Below, in pieces: positions 8,746 through 17,946 of a DNA stretch of 64,000 nucleotides. The stretch is from an uncultured virus (IMG/VR IMGVR_UViG_3300016662_000010) (taxonomy: Duplodnaviria; Heunggongvirae; Uroviricota; Caudoviricetes), in IMG/VR virus record IMGVR_UViG_3300016662_000010. One strand, given 5' to 3'. The position numbers and the translations under genes were made by a program. How positions within the stretch are numbered: the first letter of the stretch is position 1; each line of letters begins with the position of its first letter. The notes below the pieces were generated by a model. The model saw only the letters and a program-made list of their open reading frames with translations, made no database searches and was not told where the DNA came from.

Positions 8746-9237
8746 ATGTTAATTGCCAACTGCAAAGCGCCACGAATAGATCCGTCTTGGATGCCTTTTC
8801 AAAACAAAGAAGAAATTGAAGTTGGTCCATTACCCGGCCAATTTACAGTAAATGACACACAAGCGTTCGCTCTCGGATGCTATCAGGCATTTCCGCACAT
8901 TGATGACGCTTATCCAGACGTCCATTTTGTAATACTCGTGACCCAAAGCTATCGCCACGTACTTTCAGATGCTTCTATGTATCCACGACAATACATCCTT
9001 AAAAAGGGAGATTTAGTCATTATCAATCCCATGGAATTACATTGGCTATATCAAGCTCCATTGTCACCATTACATTTTGGACGCCGAGGATATTGGCTCG
9101 GTATTCAATGGGAAGTACCCAAAGAAAACAGTGACGACAACTTAAAACGCTTTGTGTCTGCAGTAGTGGCACAATTTCACGGCAAATGGAAAGGTCGATA
9201 TGATGCCGGTAACTATGCCCACCTACTTCCCACCTGA
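8746..9237 (+). CDS. Putative cupin/double-stranded beta-helix protein (paralog 1)
   Basis: PHIDD...GDLVIINPMELHWL, an HxD...H pattern. Confidence 0.5.
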   Translation: MLIANCKAPRIDPSWMPFQNKEEIEVGPLPGQFTVNDTQAFALGCYQAFPHIDDAYPDVHFVILVTQSYRHVLSDASMYPRQYILKKGDLVIINPMELHWLYQAPLSPLHFGRRGYWLGIQWEVPKENSDDNLKRFVSAVVAQFHGKWKGRYDAGNYAHLLPT

Positions 9238-9250
9238 TCCCCACGGAACA

Positions 9251-9727
9251 ATGCTAATTGCTCATTGCAAGCCTCCCATAATTCCTAAACATCAATACCC
9301 TCCACGCAGAACTGAAGTTAGCTTTGGCTATGTTCAGCGTAGGCTGAAAATCAATTCCGTTATACCAGACCTTATAGGCTGTTACAGTTGCCCACCGCAC
9401 GATGATTCGCATATAGGTAGCCAATACTTTGTCATCATGACGATTGAATGCGGCCAGCATTTTGTTTCTGATGTGCGCCATCTGCCGAACGAGGAATCTC
9501 TTAAGCCAGGCTCATTGTTCATCATTGATTCCATGGTGACTCACTGGCTATTGCATGATGATTACAATGTGTCCAAGCTTCCCAAGCGAGAATACTGGGT
9601 TGGCCTAAGCTGGAGCGTGCAAAAACGTCACCTAAAGTCCATGGTAAGCAACATTGTTAAAACTTTTGATGGAAAATGGGCGACAAGATCTTGCGCCGGT
9701 CGTTATGCCCGCCTGATTCCCTCCTAA
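9251..9727 (+). CDS. Putative cupin/double-stranded beta-helix protein (paralog 2)
   Basis: PHDD...GSLFIIDSMVTHWL; colinear with paralog 1. Confidence 0.5.
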   Translation: MLIAHCKPPIIPKHQYPPRRTEVSFGYVQRRLKINSVIPDLIGCYSCPPHDDSHIGSQYFVIMTIECGQHFVSDVRHLPNEESLKPGSLFIIDSMVTHWLLHDDYNVSKLPKREYWVGLSWSVQKRHLKSMVSNIVKTFDGKWATRSCAGRYARLIPS

Positions 9728-10485
9728 TGACTTTTCAGCATTTTCCTCCAGCTCGAATAAGTCTCAATGGCAAGCGACATTACATTGTGCCATCTGGACT
9801 TCCTTTTGTGCAAGAAGGCTTAGTCTTGCCCAGTATGACAACAGTTTTGTCTGCCACTGCTCCAGTGGGCAAGATCATGGCGCTAATGAATTGGCGCAAG
9901 CGAGTGGGGGTAGAGGAGGCAAATCGTCGCACCAGAATGGCAGCAGATCGTGGCACTTGGATGCACAAAATAATTGAAGACTTCTTCAATGAACAGGACA
10001 TTGAAACTGCCCTTGAATTAAGCCCTAAGTATCGCCCATACTTTGACGCTATTTGCGACTTTCTCTTGACCATTGATCAATGCGTATTGGCCGAAAGTGC
10101 TATTGCCTATGGTTTTGATCCTGGCTTTGGCTACACTGGCACGTTCGATCAGCTTGCCATTATTGGAGGGCAATACGTGTTGATTGATTGGAAAACGTCT
10201 TACAAGGAAAAGCCAGACTACCAACTTGCTGATTATCGTCAACAACTTGGTGGCTATGCACAAGCGATTGAGCAAATGTATGGTATTGAAATTGATCGTG
10301 CGCTATGCGTAATTGCCGTTTATGACCCAGAAGATCCTGAAAGCAAGCCATCACGGCAAATCATTGAAGCCGATGGAGGAGAGCTAGTGGCCTTGGGCGC
10401 ACTTGTACGGCAACGTACCGTACAGTATTTTATTAACCACTACCCTGGCAGCAGGCCCTTCACGTTGACAATGGACAGGGGCTGA
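9727..10485 (+). CDS. PD-(D/E)XK (Cas4-like) exonuclease
   Basis: PSMTTVL, RGTWMH, YTGTFD, IDWKTS, QLGGY. Confidence 0.88.
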   Translation: MTFQHFPPARISLNGKRHYIVPSGLPFVQEGLVLPSMTTVLSATAPVGKIMALMNWRKRVGVEEANRRTRMAADRGTWMHKIIEDFFNEQDIETALELSPKYRPYFDAICDFLLTIDQCVLAESAIAYGFDPGFGYTGTFDQLAIIGGQYVLIDWKTSYKEKPDYQLADYRQQLGGYAQAIEQMYGIEIDRALCVIAVYDPEDPESKPSRQIIEADGGELVALGALVRQRTVQYFINHYPGSRPFTLTMDRG

Positions 10486-10529
10486 GCTACGATTAGCAAG
10501 CCGAAAGGCATTTTCCTACTGATCTGACA

Positions 10530-10775
10530 ATGGCCCGTCCTCCGTTTAGTGGCGCAATCGACCTGACGCCCGAACTGCTGAATGCGCTCAAAGCCAAAGG
10601 CCCGAACGAGCGTGGTAACTACAGCCTTGACTTTGCGTGCTGGGAAGCGCGTGAACGTCGTTCTGACAGGTCTCCCACTCACACTGGCAGCGTCAAGGTG
10701 AAGGGTGATCGTGATGGCACTCAAGGCAAAGGCTATGCCTCCATGTGGGTGAATGACGAAAGCGACGCTTTTTGA
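10530..10775 (+). CDS. Small putative ssDNA-binding protein
   Basis: Beta-rich, SPTHTGSV motif, acidic/aromatic tail DESDAF; follows SSAP and exonuclease. Confidence 0.5.
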   Translation: MARPPFSGAIDLTPELLNALKAKGPNERGNYSLDFACWEARERRSDRSPTHTGSVKVKGDRDGTQGKGYASMWVNDESDAF

Positions 10776-10856
10776 TCTGATTGCCCGTTTTGCAGTTGGA
10801 GGGCTGTTTCTTGCATTGTGCATCGGAGCAGCCCTCCTTTCTCCTATTCCTTCACC

Positions 10857-11267
10857 ATGACAGAAATCATCAGTCCAGCGCAAGTTCTGTACCCTCTTGA
10901 TAGTCGCGGCAAGTTTCCCCATGCAGGTGATTACAGTCCAATCATTCAGAGTTTCGGCATGGTTTTGGCGCAAGAAGATCTTGGCTGGTATCAAGGTGAT
11001 ACAGTTGCAGTTCTTCAAAACGATGACAAGGGTTTTGGTTTTTTGACGTTCGCCTACGGATCGTGCTCTGTCTGTGATTCTCTGCAGTCTTGCAGCACGT
11101 ACGCCGAAGTGGATGAACTGATCAACGAACTTGAAAATCAGATTCGTTGGTTTTCGTCTTTACAGGAAGTCAAAGACTATGTTGTGGACGACGAGAACCG
11201 AAAGGGTAGTTGTTACTACCACCATGATGAATGGTCCGATTTCAAGCGCAAAGTTCAAGCTCTCTGA
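10857..11267 (+). CDS. Hypothetical phage protein (YGSCSxCD)
   Basis: WYQGD...AYGSCSVCD. Confidence 0.65.
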   Translation: MTEIISPAQVLYPLDSRGKFPHAGDYSPIIQSFGMVLAQEDLGWYQGDTVAVLQNDDKGFGFLTFAYGSCSVCDSLQSCSTYAEVDELINELENQIRWFSSLQEVKDYVVDDENRKGSCYYHHDEWSDFKRKVQAL

Positions 11268-11277
11268 TTCTCCTACT

Positions 11278-11862
11278 ATGATCTACAACGACAAAGCCCT
11301 GCAAGTCCTGCAAGACGGCAAGGAAGTTTTCTTTCCTTACCATGGCAAAAAGTGTCGCTTGAATGACAATGGGCGGAAAGCAGTGTCTTTCGGCTTGAGC
11401 CAAGCAGGTTATGACATTACATTGTCACCTGAGCGATTCCTAGTCTTTACACCACCAGAAGATCATCCAGTGTTTTTGTGCCCCAAACTCAGTCAAGTGA
11501 TTGAACCAGTCACGGCAGAACTACAAACCACTGATGAAGGAAGCTTTTTCTGGCTGCCTCCCCATTGTTCAGCTTTGGGGGCATCAGTGGAGCTATTCAC
11601 CATGCCCAATCACGTCATGGGGTTTGGTTTTGGTAAGTCCACTTATGCCCGTCTTGGTATTATTGCTAATATCACGCCCATTGAACCTGGATGGTGCGGC
11701 CACTTAACGATTTCGATTGTCAATCCAACGCCAATGTTTGCCCGGATTTGGGCCAATGAAGGCATTGCGCAGATTGTACTGGCCGACTGCGGAGAAGTGG
11801 AAAAGCCATACGAAGGGGCTTACCAGAATGCAGCAACAGTGCCGATGCTGGCGACGGTTTGA
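11278..11862 (+). CDS. dcd: dCTP deaminase
   Basis: SFGLSQAGYDI, GKSTYARLG, TPIEPGWCGHLT, ANEGIAQ. Confidence 0.92.
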   Translation: MIYNDKALQVLQDGKEVFFPYHGKKCRLNDNGRKAVSFGLSQAGYDITLSPERFLVFTPPEDHPVFLCPKLSQVIEPVTAELQTTDEGSFFWLPPHCSALGASVELFTMPNHVMGFGFGKSTYARLGIIANITPIEPGWCGHLTISIVNPTPMFARIWANEGIAQIVLADCGEVEKPYEGAYQNAATVPMLATV

Positions 11863-11868
11863 GTAAAG

Positions 11869-11890
11869 GAGGGCCACTGGCCCTCTTTTT
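11869..11890 (+). terminator. Rho-independent terminator
   Basis: GAGGGCC-ACT-GGCCCTC plus TTTTT after dcd. Confidence 0.7.
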
Positions 11891-11912
11891 GTTTAGACTG
11901 TCAGGCAGTTAA

Positions 11913-12398
11913 TTGCTGCTTGTGCACCGTCAGAACTCCCCCACACTGCACAAAAATGCCAGTTCCCTAGAGCGTAAGTTTTGGGGCACTTGGGTTTACA
12001 ATTTCCCTAACCTGCCTCTTTATAGCGAGTTTGATGACATTCCAACATGGGAAGATGACTATGCGCAAAGGCTAAGGAAAAGCAAGCGCAGTCGGCGCTA
12101 TCGGCTGGACTTTGCTCACGAGGAAAGCAAAGTGGGCATTGAAATTCAAGGTGGCATTTACACTGGCGGGCGCCATGTGCAAGGCATGGGCTATGAACGT
12201 GATGCCATTAAGTACAACTTAGCTTTTGCTGATGGTTGGGTGATCTTTTTGATTACTCCACAAATGGTCAGGGAGCAAAGATGGTACGAAGTAATCGCCG
12301 CCACCATCCGGAGTCGTACCGGGAAGCACATTCCTGGAGTAGAGCATCTGCCGCCACTAGATCTGACGCCTGCGCGTCAACCGTCTGCCGGAGCCTGA
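11913..12398 (+). CDS. Vsr/DUF559-like endonuclease (start uncertain)
   Basis: RYRLDFA...GIEIQGG...GRH...DAIKYN...GWVI. Confidence 0.75.
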   Translation: MLLVHRQNSPTLHKNASSLERKFWGTWVYNFPNLPLYSEFDDIPTWEDDYAQRLRKSKRSRRYRLDFAHEESKVGIEIQGGIYTGGRHVQGMGYERDAIKYNLAFADGWVIFLITPQMVREQRWYEVIAATIRSRTGKHIPGVEHLPPLDLTPARQPSAGA

Positions 12399-12600
12399 TG
12401 TTTTCAATCATCAGTCCTTGGAAGGCAGTTTGCAAGGCGCCATAGGCATCAACAAGGTTTTTGGTGTTTCCCTTGAGGGCTTCTAGGTCAGTGCAGTGGT
12501 CAACGGCAGTCTTTGCTGCAATTAGCGAAAACTCACGCTCAGCAGTGTGATCAAAAGGACCCATGGTGATAAGAAACTTGCGGCCATTGTAACTAGCCAT
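12268..12600 (-). CDS. Hypothetical coiled-coil protein
   Basis: ATG ORF with helical pattern; overlaps the convergent nuclease gene. Confidence 0.55.
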   Translation of the reverse strand: MASYNGRKFLITMGPFDHTAEREFSLIAAKTAVDHCTDLEALKGNTKNLVDAYGALQTAFQGLMIENIRLRQTVDAQASDLVAADALLQECASRYDSGWWRRLLRTIFAP

Positions 12601-12619
12601 CACAGGAAGGGTAAAGGCC

Positions 12620-12973
12620 ATGATGATTGAGAAACGCTTGGTCTATACGACTAGGCTAGATAAGAGAGCACGTTATTGCTACAGAATTGAGCATGTGGAG
12701 GAGGCGGGGAGACCGAAACCAGATGGGTGGATTGCCCGCCGCCACTACCTGCCCCCTTCACCCAAGGGCTACCAATGGACGACAGGAGAGGCTGTAGTGA
12801 TGGTGAAATGGACAGCAGCAGGATGGCTAGCCACTGCCATTGAAGGCACCCTGGAAAGGCTGGAGAAGCAAGGCAATAGGCTTTGCGCCAAAGTCAAATG
12901 GGACAACGGAGGGCGGATTAGTGCTATCGTGCCATTGCAACGCATTCGGCCTCTATGGCTAGTGAAGGGCTAA
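12620..12973 (+). CDS. Hypothetical protein (start uncertain)
   Basis: ORF overlapping the thyX start. Confidence 0.5.
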   Translation: MMIEKRLVYTTRLDKRARYCYRIEHVEEAGRPKPDGWIARRHYLPPSPKGYQWTTGEAVVMVKWTAAGWLATAIEGTLERLEKQGNRLCAKVKWDNGGRISAIVPLQRIRPLWLVKG

Positions 12974-13668
12974 ATCAGCGGTTTCCGCTTGACGACGGGA
13001 TTGGCAAAGTTGTATTGCTTGATGCCATGGGCGATGACTTGGCCATCGTGAATGATGCCAAGCAAAGCTATGATCGTTATTCACAACAATTTGGCGAGAA
13101 AGAGCAGGGGCTTTTGAGCTTCCTGCTTTCCAATAACCACACCTCTCCATTGCGAGGGAGTATTTTACGCTTTCACGTTAAGGCGCCACTATTCATTGCT
13201 CGCCAGTGGTTCAAGCATGTTGTTGCTTGCACTTACGTTGATGATCAGCTTGGCTGGAACGAAAAGAGCTTTCGCTATTGCCAAGCAAAAGATAATGAAT
13301 ACTACTATCCTTCATTGTTTCGTGCTCAATCTACAAGCAACAAGCAAGCAAGCAATGGTGAAATCGCAGAGCAAAGTGAAGCTAGTGCTATTTATAGTCG
13401 TGCCGTTGGTGTTGCTGTTGAAAGCTACGTTAGTCTCATTGAAATGGGGGTAGCGAAAGAACAAGCTCGTGCTATTTTGCCAGCGTGTCTTTATACGAGC
13501 TTCACTTGGACCTGCTCATTGCAAGCTCTTTTGCACTTTATTGCCTTGCGTCAAGAGGATGGTGCTCAATACGAAATTCGCCAGTATGCCAAAGCCCTTG
13601 CCGATCTTGCCTCTTCTCGGTTCCCCCACGTTTTTGCCCTTCTGGAAAATGGTGCCGTCAATGTCTGA
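12955..13668 (+). CDS. thyX: FAD-dependent thymidylate synthase
   Basis: HTSP, APLFIARQWFKH, NEKSFRY, EQARAILP, AQYEIR. Confidence 0.95.
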   Translation: MASEGLNQRFPLDDGIGKVVLLDAMGDDLAIVNDAKQSYDRYSQQFGEKEQGLLSFLLSNNHTSPLRGSILRFHVKAPLFIARQWFKHVVACTYVDDQLGWNEKSFRYCQAKDNEYYYPSLFRAQSTSNKQASNGEIAEQSEASAIYSRAVGVAVESYVSLIEMGVAKEQARAILPACLYTSFTWTCSLQALLHFIALRQEDGAQYEIRQYAKALADLASSRFPHVFALLENGAVNV

Positions 13669-13909
13669 TTCCATGAACGATCCTGTCAATCATCCCAGTC
13701 ACTACAAGCAGGGTTCACAAGAGGCCATCATCACAATCGAAGATGCAATTAAAGTTGCGCCTCTCCCAAACTTGGCTTTCCTCCATGGCCAAGCGCTGAA
13801 GTACTTGCTAAGGCTTTGGTATAAAGGCAAGCCGAAGCAAGATGCAGAAAAAGCACGATGGTACCTTAACCGCTTGATTGATCAAATGACAGATCAGGGA
13901 ATGGAATAA
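13661..13909 (+). CDS. DUF3310 family protein (T7 gp1.7-like)
   Basis: DPVNHPSHY...LKYLLR...D..KARWYL. Confidence 0.88.
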   Translation: MSDSMNDPVNHPSHYKQGSQEAIITIEDAIKVAPLPNLAFLHGQALKYLLRLWYKGKPKQDAEKARWYLNRLIDQMTDQGME

Positions 13910-14315
13910 TTAGTGGCTGCGCTGGAGGCAGACTGTCTGCCTCCGCTAATCTTCCTGCCATCCATGAATTAACCATCACCCATCGAAACAGAATTACCTC
14001 GCGTTCTTCTGACCACCATTCTTGAGGGCGCCAGAACTCCAATAGGTCATCACTGGCCTTGATTACATTGCAACGATTACAGGCTGGCACTAAGTTGTAG
14101 CGAGAATAGTGCGGGCCGCCTTTGCTTTTGGGAATAACGTGATCCAGCGTTAGCCTTTCATTCCATTTGCCGCAATAAGCGCAACAGCAATGACCCAATG
14201 GACCGCGCAGGGGGTAGTCATCGAAAATGGCCTTACGAAAACGTTTGCGAGCATCACCAGGGCGAAGTTCAATTAAGTTATTGAGCAGATCGTCAGGATG
14301 GTAGGCCACTTCCAT
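13866..14315 (-). CDS. HNH endonuclease
   Basis: CAYCG, TLDHVIPKSKGG, NLVPACNRCN. Confidence 0.92.
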   Translation of the reverse strand: MEVAYHPDDLLNNLIELRPGDARKRFRKAIFDDYPLRGPLGHCCCAYCGKWNERLTLDHVIPKSKGGPHYSRYNLVPACNRCNVIKASDDLLEFWRPQEWWSEEREVILFRWVMVNSWMAGRLAEADSLPPAQPLIIPFPDLSFDQSSG

Positions 14316-14395
14316 GCAATCGTCGCCACTGCCTATAGCCTAAGGCAAAGTTGAAAAGCAACTTTCCTATAAAATGGAGGAATGGAAATGAAGCA

Positions 14396-14647
14396 ATGGC
14401 AGAACCAAGCGACAAACCTTGGCAGGAATGGCTGGGCTCTCTAACGAGCACGGTAACGGCGGCTATTTTGCTGGCCAGTGGTGGCACTTTGATTGCCGTG
14501 GGACAACAGCAAGTAAGAATCAATACTCAAATTGAGACCATCACAAAGCTCGTCGATGCTCTGACCAGCAAGGTGGATGGCAAGGCCGATTCTGCAGACG
14601 TGGATAACTTGATGGATCGAGTAAGAATCTTGGAGATTAAACGCTAA
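14396..14647 (+). CDS. Membrane-anchored coiled-coil protein (lysis cassette)
   Basis: One hydrophobic segment plus coiled coil ending RVRILE, upstream of endolysin. Confidence 0.55.
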   Translation: MAEPSDKPWQEWLGSLTSTVTAAILLASGGTLIAVGQQQVRINTQIETITKLVDALTSKVDGKADSADVDNLMDRVRILEIKR

Positions 14648-14671
14648 GCTATTCGTAGTTGCTTTGCTCTA

Positions 14672-14818
14672 ATGACTGCTCTTGAGTACATGGCCATTGG
14701 CGCCGTGATTGTTGGCGCCATTGAAACCATCATTGCAATGCTGCCGATCAAGCCCAATTCGCAAGTGGAACTGATCATTGCCATTGCCAAGGCTCTGTTC
14801 GCTCCGTATCGCCGCTGA
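14672..14818 (+). CDS. Putative holin (48 aa, not in ORF track)
   Basis: MTALEYMAIGAVIVGAIETIIAMLPIKPNSQVELIIAIAKALFAPYRR; stop overlaps the endolysin ATG. Confidence 0.65.
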   Translation: MTALEYMAIGAVIVGAIETIIAMLPIKPNSQVELIIAIAKALFAPYRR

Positions 14819-15915
14819 TGTCTCGCGTACTGGTGCGTGATATTGTCCGCTTCTACAAAGGGCTGCCCCATCAGGATGCGGCCCTTGTAGAGCTTGACGA
14901 GGCATTGTCTAAGCTCATTCCCGATCCCATGGCCAAGAGCCAGCCGTGGTTTGCTACGTGGTCTAGTGCCGGCAAACAAGTAGTGCCCAATCCTGTCCCT
15001 TCCATGGTTCCGGCTGAAGGGCTGGCGCTAGTAAAAGAGTTTGAAGGTTGTGAGCTTGAGGCTTATGACGATGGAGTGGGAGTGTGGACGATTGGCTGGG
15101 GCAACACTAAGCATTTTAATGGTACTCCGGTCAAGAAAGGGGATCGCATCACGCAAAGCGCGGCTGATGCCATGTTGGCCAATACGTTAGAAAACTTTGT
15201 GCTGCCCACTTTGAAGCGCACAATTCCAGGCTGGGACAAGATGAGCGATGGGCAAAAGGGAGCTTTGATGAGCTTCGCCTATAACGTGGGCTGGAACTTT
15301 TATGGCCAAGCTGGATTTGAGACCATCACCAGGCGACTTGGTGAGTTTGCATGGGGGCAAGTGCCCGCAGCCATGGTGCTCTACGTTAATCCTGGTACGG
15401 CCACAGAGGCTGGTCTGAGGCGACGTAGGGCAGCAGAGGGGGCACTATGGAGCAAAGGCTTGCCTAAGCCTCCAGCGGCTCCTCCAGCGGCTCCTGCGGC
15501 CTTTGTGCCTGCCAGTCCCTTTAGCCTGCAAATCACGCCCCACATCACGTATGGTGAGTTTGCCTTGCAGCAAGAGGCTCGACGATTTGTGGCTGCCCAT
15601 CAATGCGCCACTGCACGATTGATTGCTGAATTTCTGGAGAAAGTGCGGGCTCAGTTTGGTGCGCCCATTGAAATCACTTCAGGGTATCGCCCTCCGGCCA
15701 TCAATAGGGCCGTTGGAGGAGCTAGCCAGTCCGAACACCTTTACGATGCCCCTGACACTGGTGCTGTGGACTTTCTCGTTACTGGCAAGAGCATTTATGA
15801 CGTGCAAGATTGGTGCGACAAGAATTGGCCTTATAGCCTTGGCTATGGCGCACAGAAAGGTTTTGTCCACCTCGGCATTAGGCCTGGTCGTCCTCGTATC
15901 AGGTGGGATTATTAA
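14818..15915 (+). CDS. Bifunctional endolysin: GH24 lysozyme + M15 peptidase
   Basis: EFEG...AYDD...WTIGWG...GLRRRRAAE; Pro/Ala linker; ITSGYR...SEH...AVD...FVHLG. Confidence 0.92.
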   Translation: MSRVLVRDIVRFYKGLPHQDAALVELDEALSKLIPDPMAKSQPWFATWSSAGKQVVPNPVPSMVPAEGLALVKEFEGCELEAYDDGVGVWTIGWGNTKHFNGTPVKKGDRITQSAADAMLANTLENFVLPTLKRTIPGWDKMSDGQKGALMSFAYNVGWNFYGQAGFETITRRLGEFAWGQVPAAMVLYVNPGTATEAGLRRRRAAEGALWSKGLPKPPAAPPAAPAAFVPASPFSLQITPHITYGEFALQQEARRFVAAHQCATARLIAEFLEKVRAQFGAPIEITSGYRPPAINRAVGGASQSEHLYDAPDTGAVDFLVTGKSIYDVQDWCDKNWPYSLGYGAQKGFVHLGIRPGRPRIRWDY

Positions 15916-16427
15916 ACGCTCAAGGTTAGGCGAGTGCGCTCTAAAGAAACATTGGCATTGGCTGAGAAGTTTGCCACTGCTAGTCCCACTTCGTCGCCAT
16001 TGTTAAGGCTGATGAAATAGCTTGGAATAGTCAATGGAACAGCAGAAGATGAATTGCCAGTATGGCCTCTCACTTCACTGCCTGACACCACAGTTCCGTT
16101 TTTGGTTAGCATCAGCCCAAGATGTTCTTGATTGCCAGCACTAGCTTCAGTCGCAACATTGGCTGCAAATACTAGTGTTTGTCCCGTGTTATTGCGCAAG
16201 GCAAAACCAGAGCCAATCACTACTCCACTGGTAATGGAGGAATCAAACGTGCCACTAATGGCCACTAGCGTGTATGAACTCTGCACAATGCCAGAGACAG
16301 TGCCAATAGTAGAGCGAGCAATTTGTCCTTGATACCGAATGCTGGAGCCAGGAATACCCTGTGGACCAGCAGGTCCAGGTTCGCGCAATACTACGCTGTT
16401 TTCCGTATAACTAACAACAACAGTCAT
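15912..16427 (-). CDS. Virion appendage protein with short collagen-like stretch
   Basis: PGPAGPQGIPG followed by a beta-rich (C1q/BclA-like) domain. Confidence 0.65.
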   Translation of the reverse strand: MTVVVSYTENSVVLREPGPAGPQGIPGSSIRYQGQIARSTIGTVSGIVQSSYTLVAISGTFDSSITSGVVIGSGFALRNNTGQTLVFAANVATEASAGNQEHLGLMLTKNGTVVSGSEVRGHTGNSSSAVPLTIPSYFISLNNGDEVGLAVANFSANANVSLERTRLTLSV

Positions 16428-16765
16428 GGCCGAAACGAAAAACTCGGATTGAGAGAAGCAGGGCCTTCCAAAAGGCAATAAACTTGCCCTGATGGGCTAG
16501 TGGCAAAAATGTCGTATTGACCATTCTCTGTGATGCCACTCGTAACACTGGCTGGCATTACGAGCCTGAAAATACCACTAGCCTGATTAGACCATGGCAA
16601 AGAAAAAGAAGCGAGCTTTTGCGTGCCAAGGCGATTGTAAAGGTCAGACTTTAGCGTCCAGCCTGACATATTGATTCCTACTCCATTGGAATCTTGCCAC
16701 GCCACTTCCAGATCAAACGTCGCACCTTGAGTGATCGTAATTGGAAAACAGGCTTGTTCCATCAT
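16424..16765 (-). CDS. Tail/baseplate-associated Ig-like protein
   Basis: ITQGATF...YDI...LLEG pattern common in phage tail regions. Confidence 0.65.
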   Translation of the reverse strand: MMEQACFPITITQGATFDLEVAWQDSNGVGINMSGWTLKSDLYNRLGTQKLASFSLPWSNQASGIFRLVMPASVTSGITENGQYDIFATSPSGQVYCLLEGPASLNPSFSFRP

Positions 16766-17040
16766 GCAAACTTCCGCGATGGACTAGAGGGAAATACGCG
16801 ATACTTAGCGAGACTTGCTACAACTGGTCCACGATAATTCACATGGTAGCCAGAATAGGCCAATGGAGGGGAAAGCAAGCGACGAGCCTCGTAGTCAAAC
16901 CTTCCGCCGTAGCGAATAGTCCCCACGAGGTCCAAAGCTCCAATAGTGGCGACAGTACTACCACTGGCAATGATCTTGGCCGCAATTAAGGCGCTAATAG
17001 CTTCTTTCTCAGTGGCAAACCGCCAGTATTGATCTTCCAT
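16762..17040 (-). CDS. Fibre-associated small protein
   Basis: WRFATEKEA...GYHVN...PSSPSRKFA; resembles 17584-17946. Confidence 0.6.
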   Translation of the reverse strand: MEDQYWRFATEKEAISALIAAKIIASGSTVATIGALDLVGTIRYGGRFDYEARRLLSPPLAYSGYHVNYRGPVVASLAKYRVFPSSPSRKFA

Positions 17041-17555
17041 CAAACCACAAAATAGTCAAGTTCAACTTGATAAGGTGTGCCAGAGGCTGCAGCAAACACA
17101 GTGCTAGGAGTTAGAGCCAGCCACACTGAAGCGCTCTTAAGCAGGATTTGCTTGTTCAGCAAAGTGCCTTGAGTGACAATGGTTTGCCCTAGGTCCACTG
17201 TTCCAAGGAGGTCGCTATAGCCTTTGTACTTGGCACTATCACCACTGTTCACCACTAGGGCCGCTCCATCGCTAATCCCTGATGGTGCTTCATTAAACCA
17301 ATGCACACGCATTGCCGAATAACCAGACGGTACACCACTTCGCGCCATCTTGACGCGAGCATTAGTGACGAACAAGCTCATGTTGGTTTCGCCGCTAGTC
17401 ACCACTTCAAATACACCAGATGCCGTGGAACCAACAACGACATTACCAGAATAAGTAAAAGTAGTGCCGGGGCGATTGAAGGCAAGCCTTGCCTCTTGAC
17501 CATCGCTGGTCATTAGCTGACGCTCTAGTTGTTCCCCGTTTCTAATGCGAAGCAT
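17040..17555 (-). CDS. Virion structural protein, SG-rich
   Basis: Beta-rich ORF in tail cluster. Confidence 0.6.
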   Translation of the reverse strand: MLRIRNGEQLERQLMTSDGQEARLAFNRPGTTFTYSGNVVVGSTASGVFEVVTSGETNMSLFVTNARVKMARSGVPSGYSAMRVHWFNEAPSGISDGAALVVNSGDSAKYKGYSDLLGTVDLGQTIVTQGTLLNKQILLKSASVWLALTPSTVFAAASGTPYQVELDYFVV

Positions 17556-17583
17556 GGTGCAAGCCCTGTTTCTTTTATGTTAG

Positions 17584-17946
17584 CTAAGACAGGCTCGGAG
17601 GCCATGCGTTGGGCTCCGGTTCAGTGCCAGCCCAGCAGACGCCGCCGCTGCCGTAGGGCACGCGGTAGGGGCGGAGGGCCGAGGGCAGGATAACGCGGTT
17701 CAGGATGACGTTGACGAATGCGCCGGGCACTGGGACGGGCGGCGTCAGCTCCTCGCCAGTCTCGGGGTCGTAGGTGCCGGGCACCACAACGTCAGTGATG
17801 AGCTGCGCCTGGCCGAACAGTCCCGGCTGCGAGATCACCAACAGATCGCGCATCTCCTCCTCCTCGGGCGGCAACAGCCGCAGGGCCTCGGCGGTGGCGA
17901 GGGCCTCTTGCTCAGAGTCGAAACGGAGGGTGAAATAATGGCTCAT
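17584..17946 (-). CDS. Fibre-associated/assembly protein
   Basis: LRFDSEQEA...GTYDPETGEELTPP...GAFVN; coupled to the upstream fibre gene. Confidence 0.65.
   Translation of the reverse strand: MSHYFTLRFDSEQEALATAEALRLLPPEEEEMRDLLVISQPGLFGQAQLITDVVVPGTYDPETGEELTPPVPVPGAFVNVILNRVILPSALRPYRVPYGSGGVCWAGTEPEPNAWPPSLS

Noticed and set aside
9727..10485. CRISPR Cas4
   Set aside because: No Fe-S cysteine set, cas genes or array; context is recombination.
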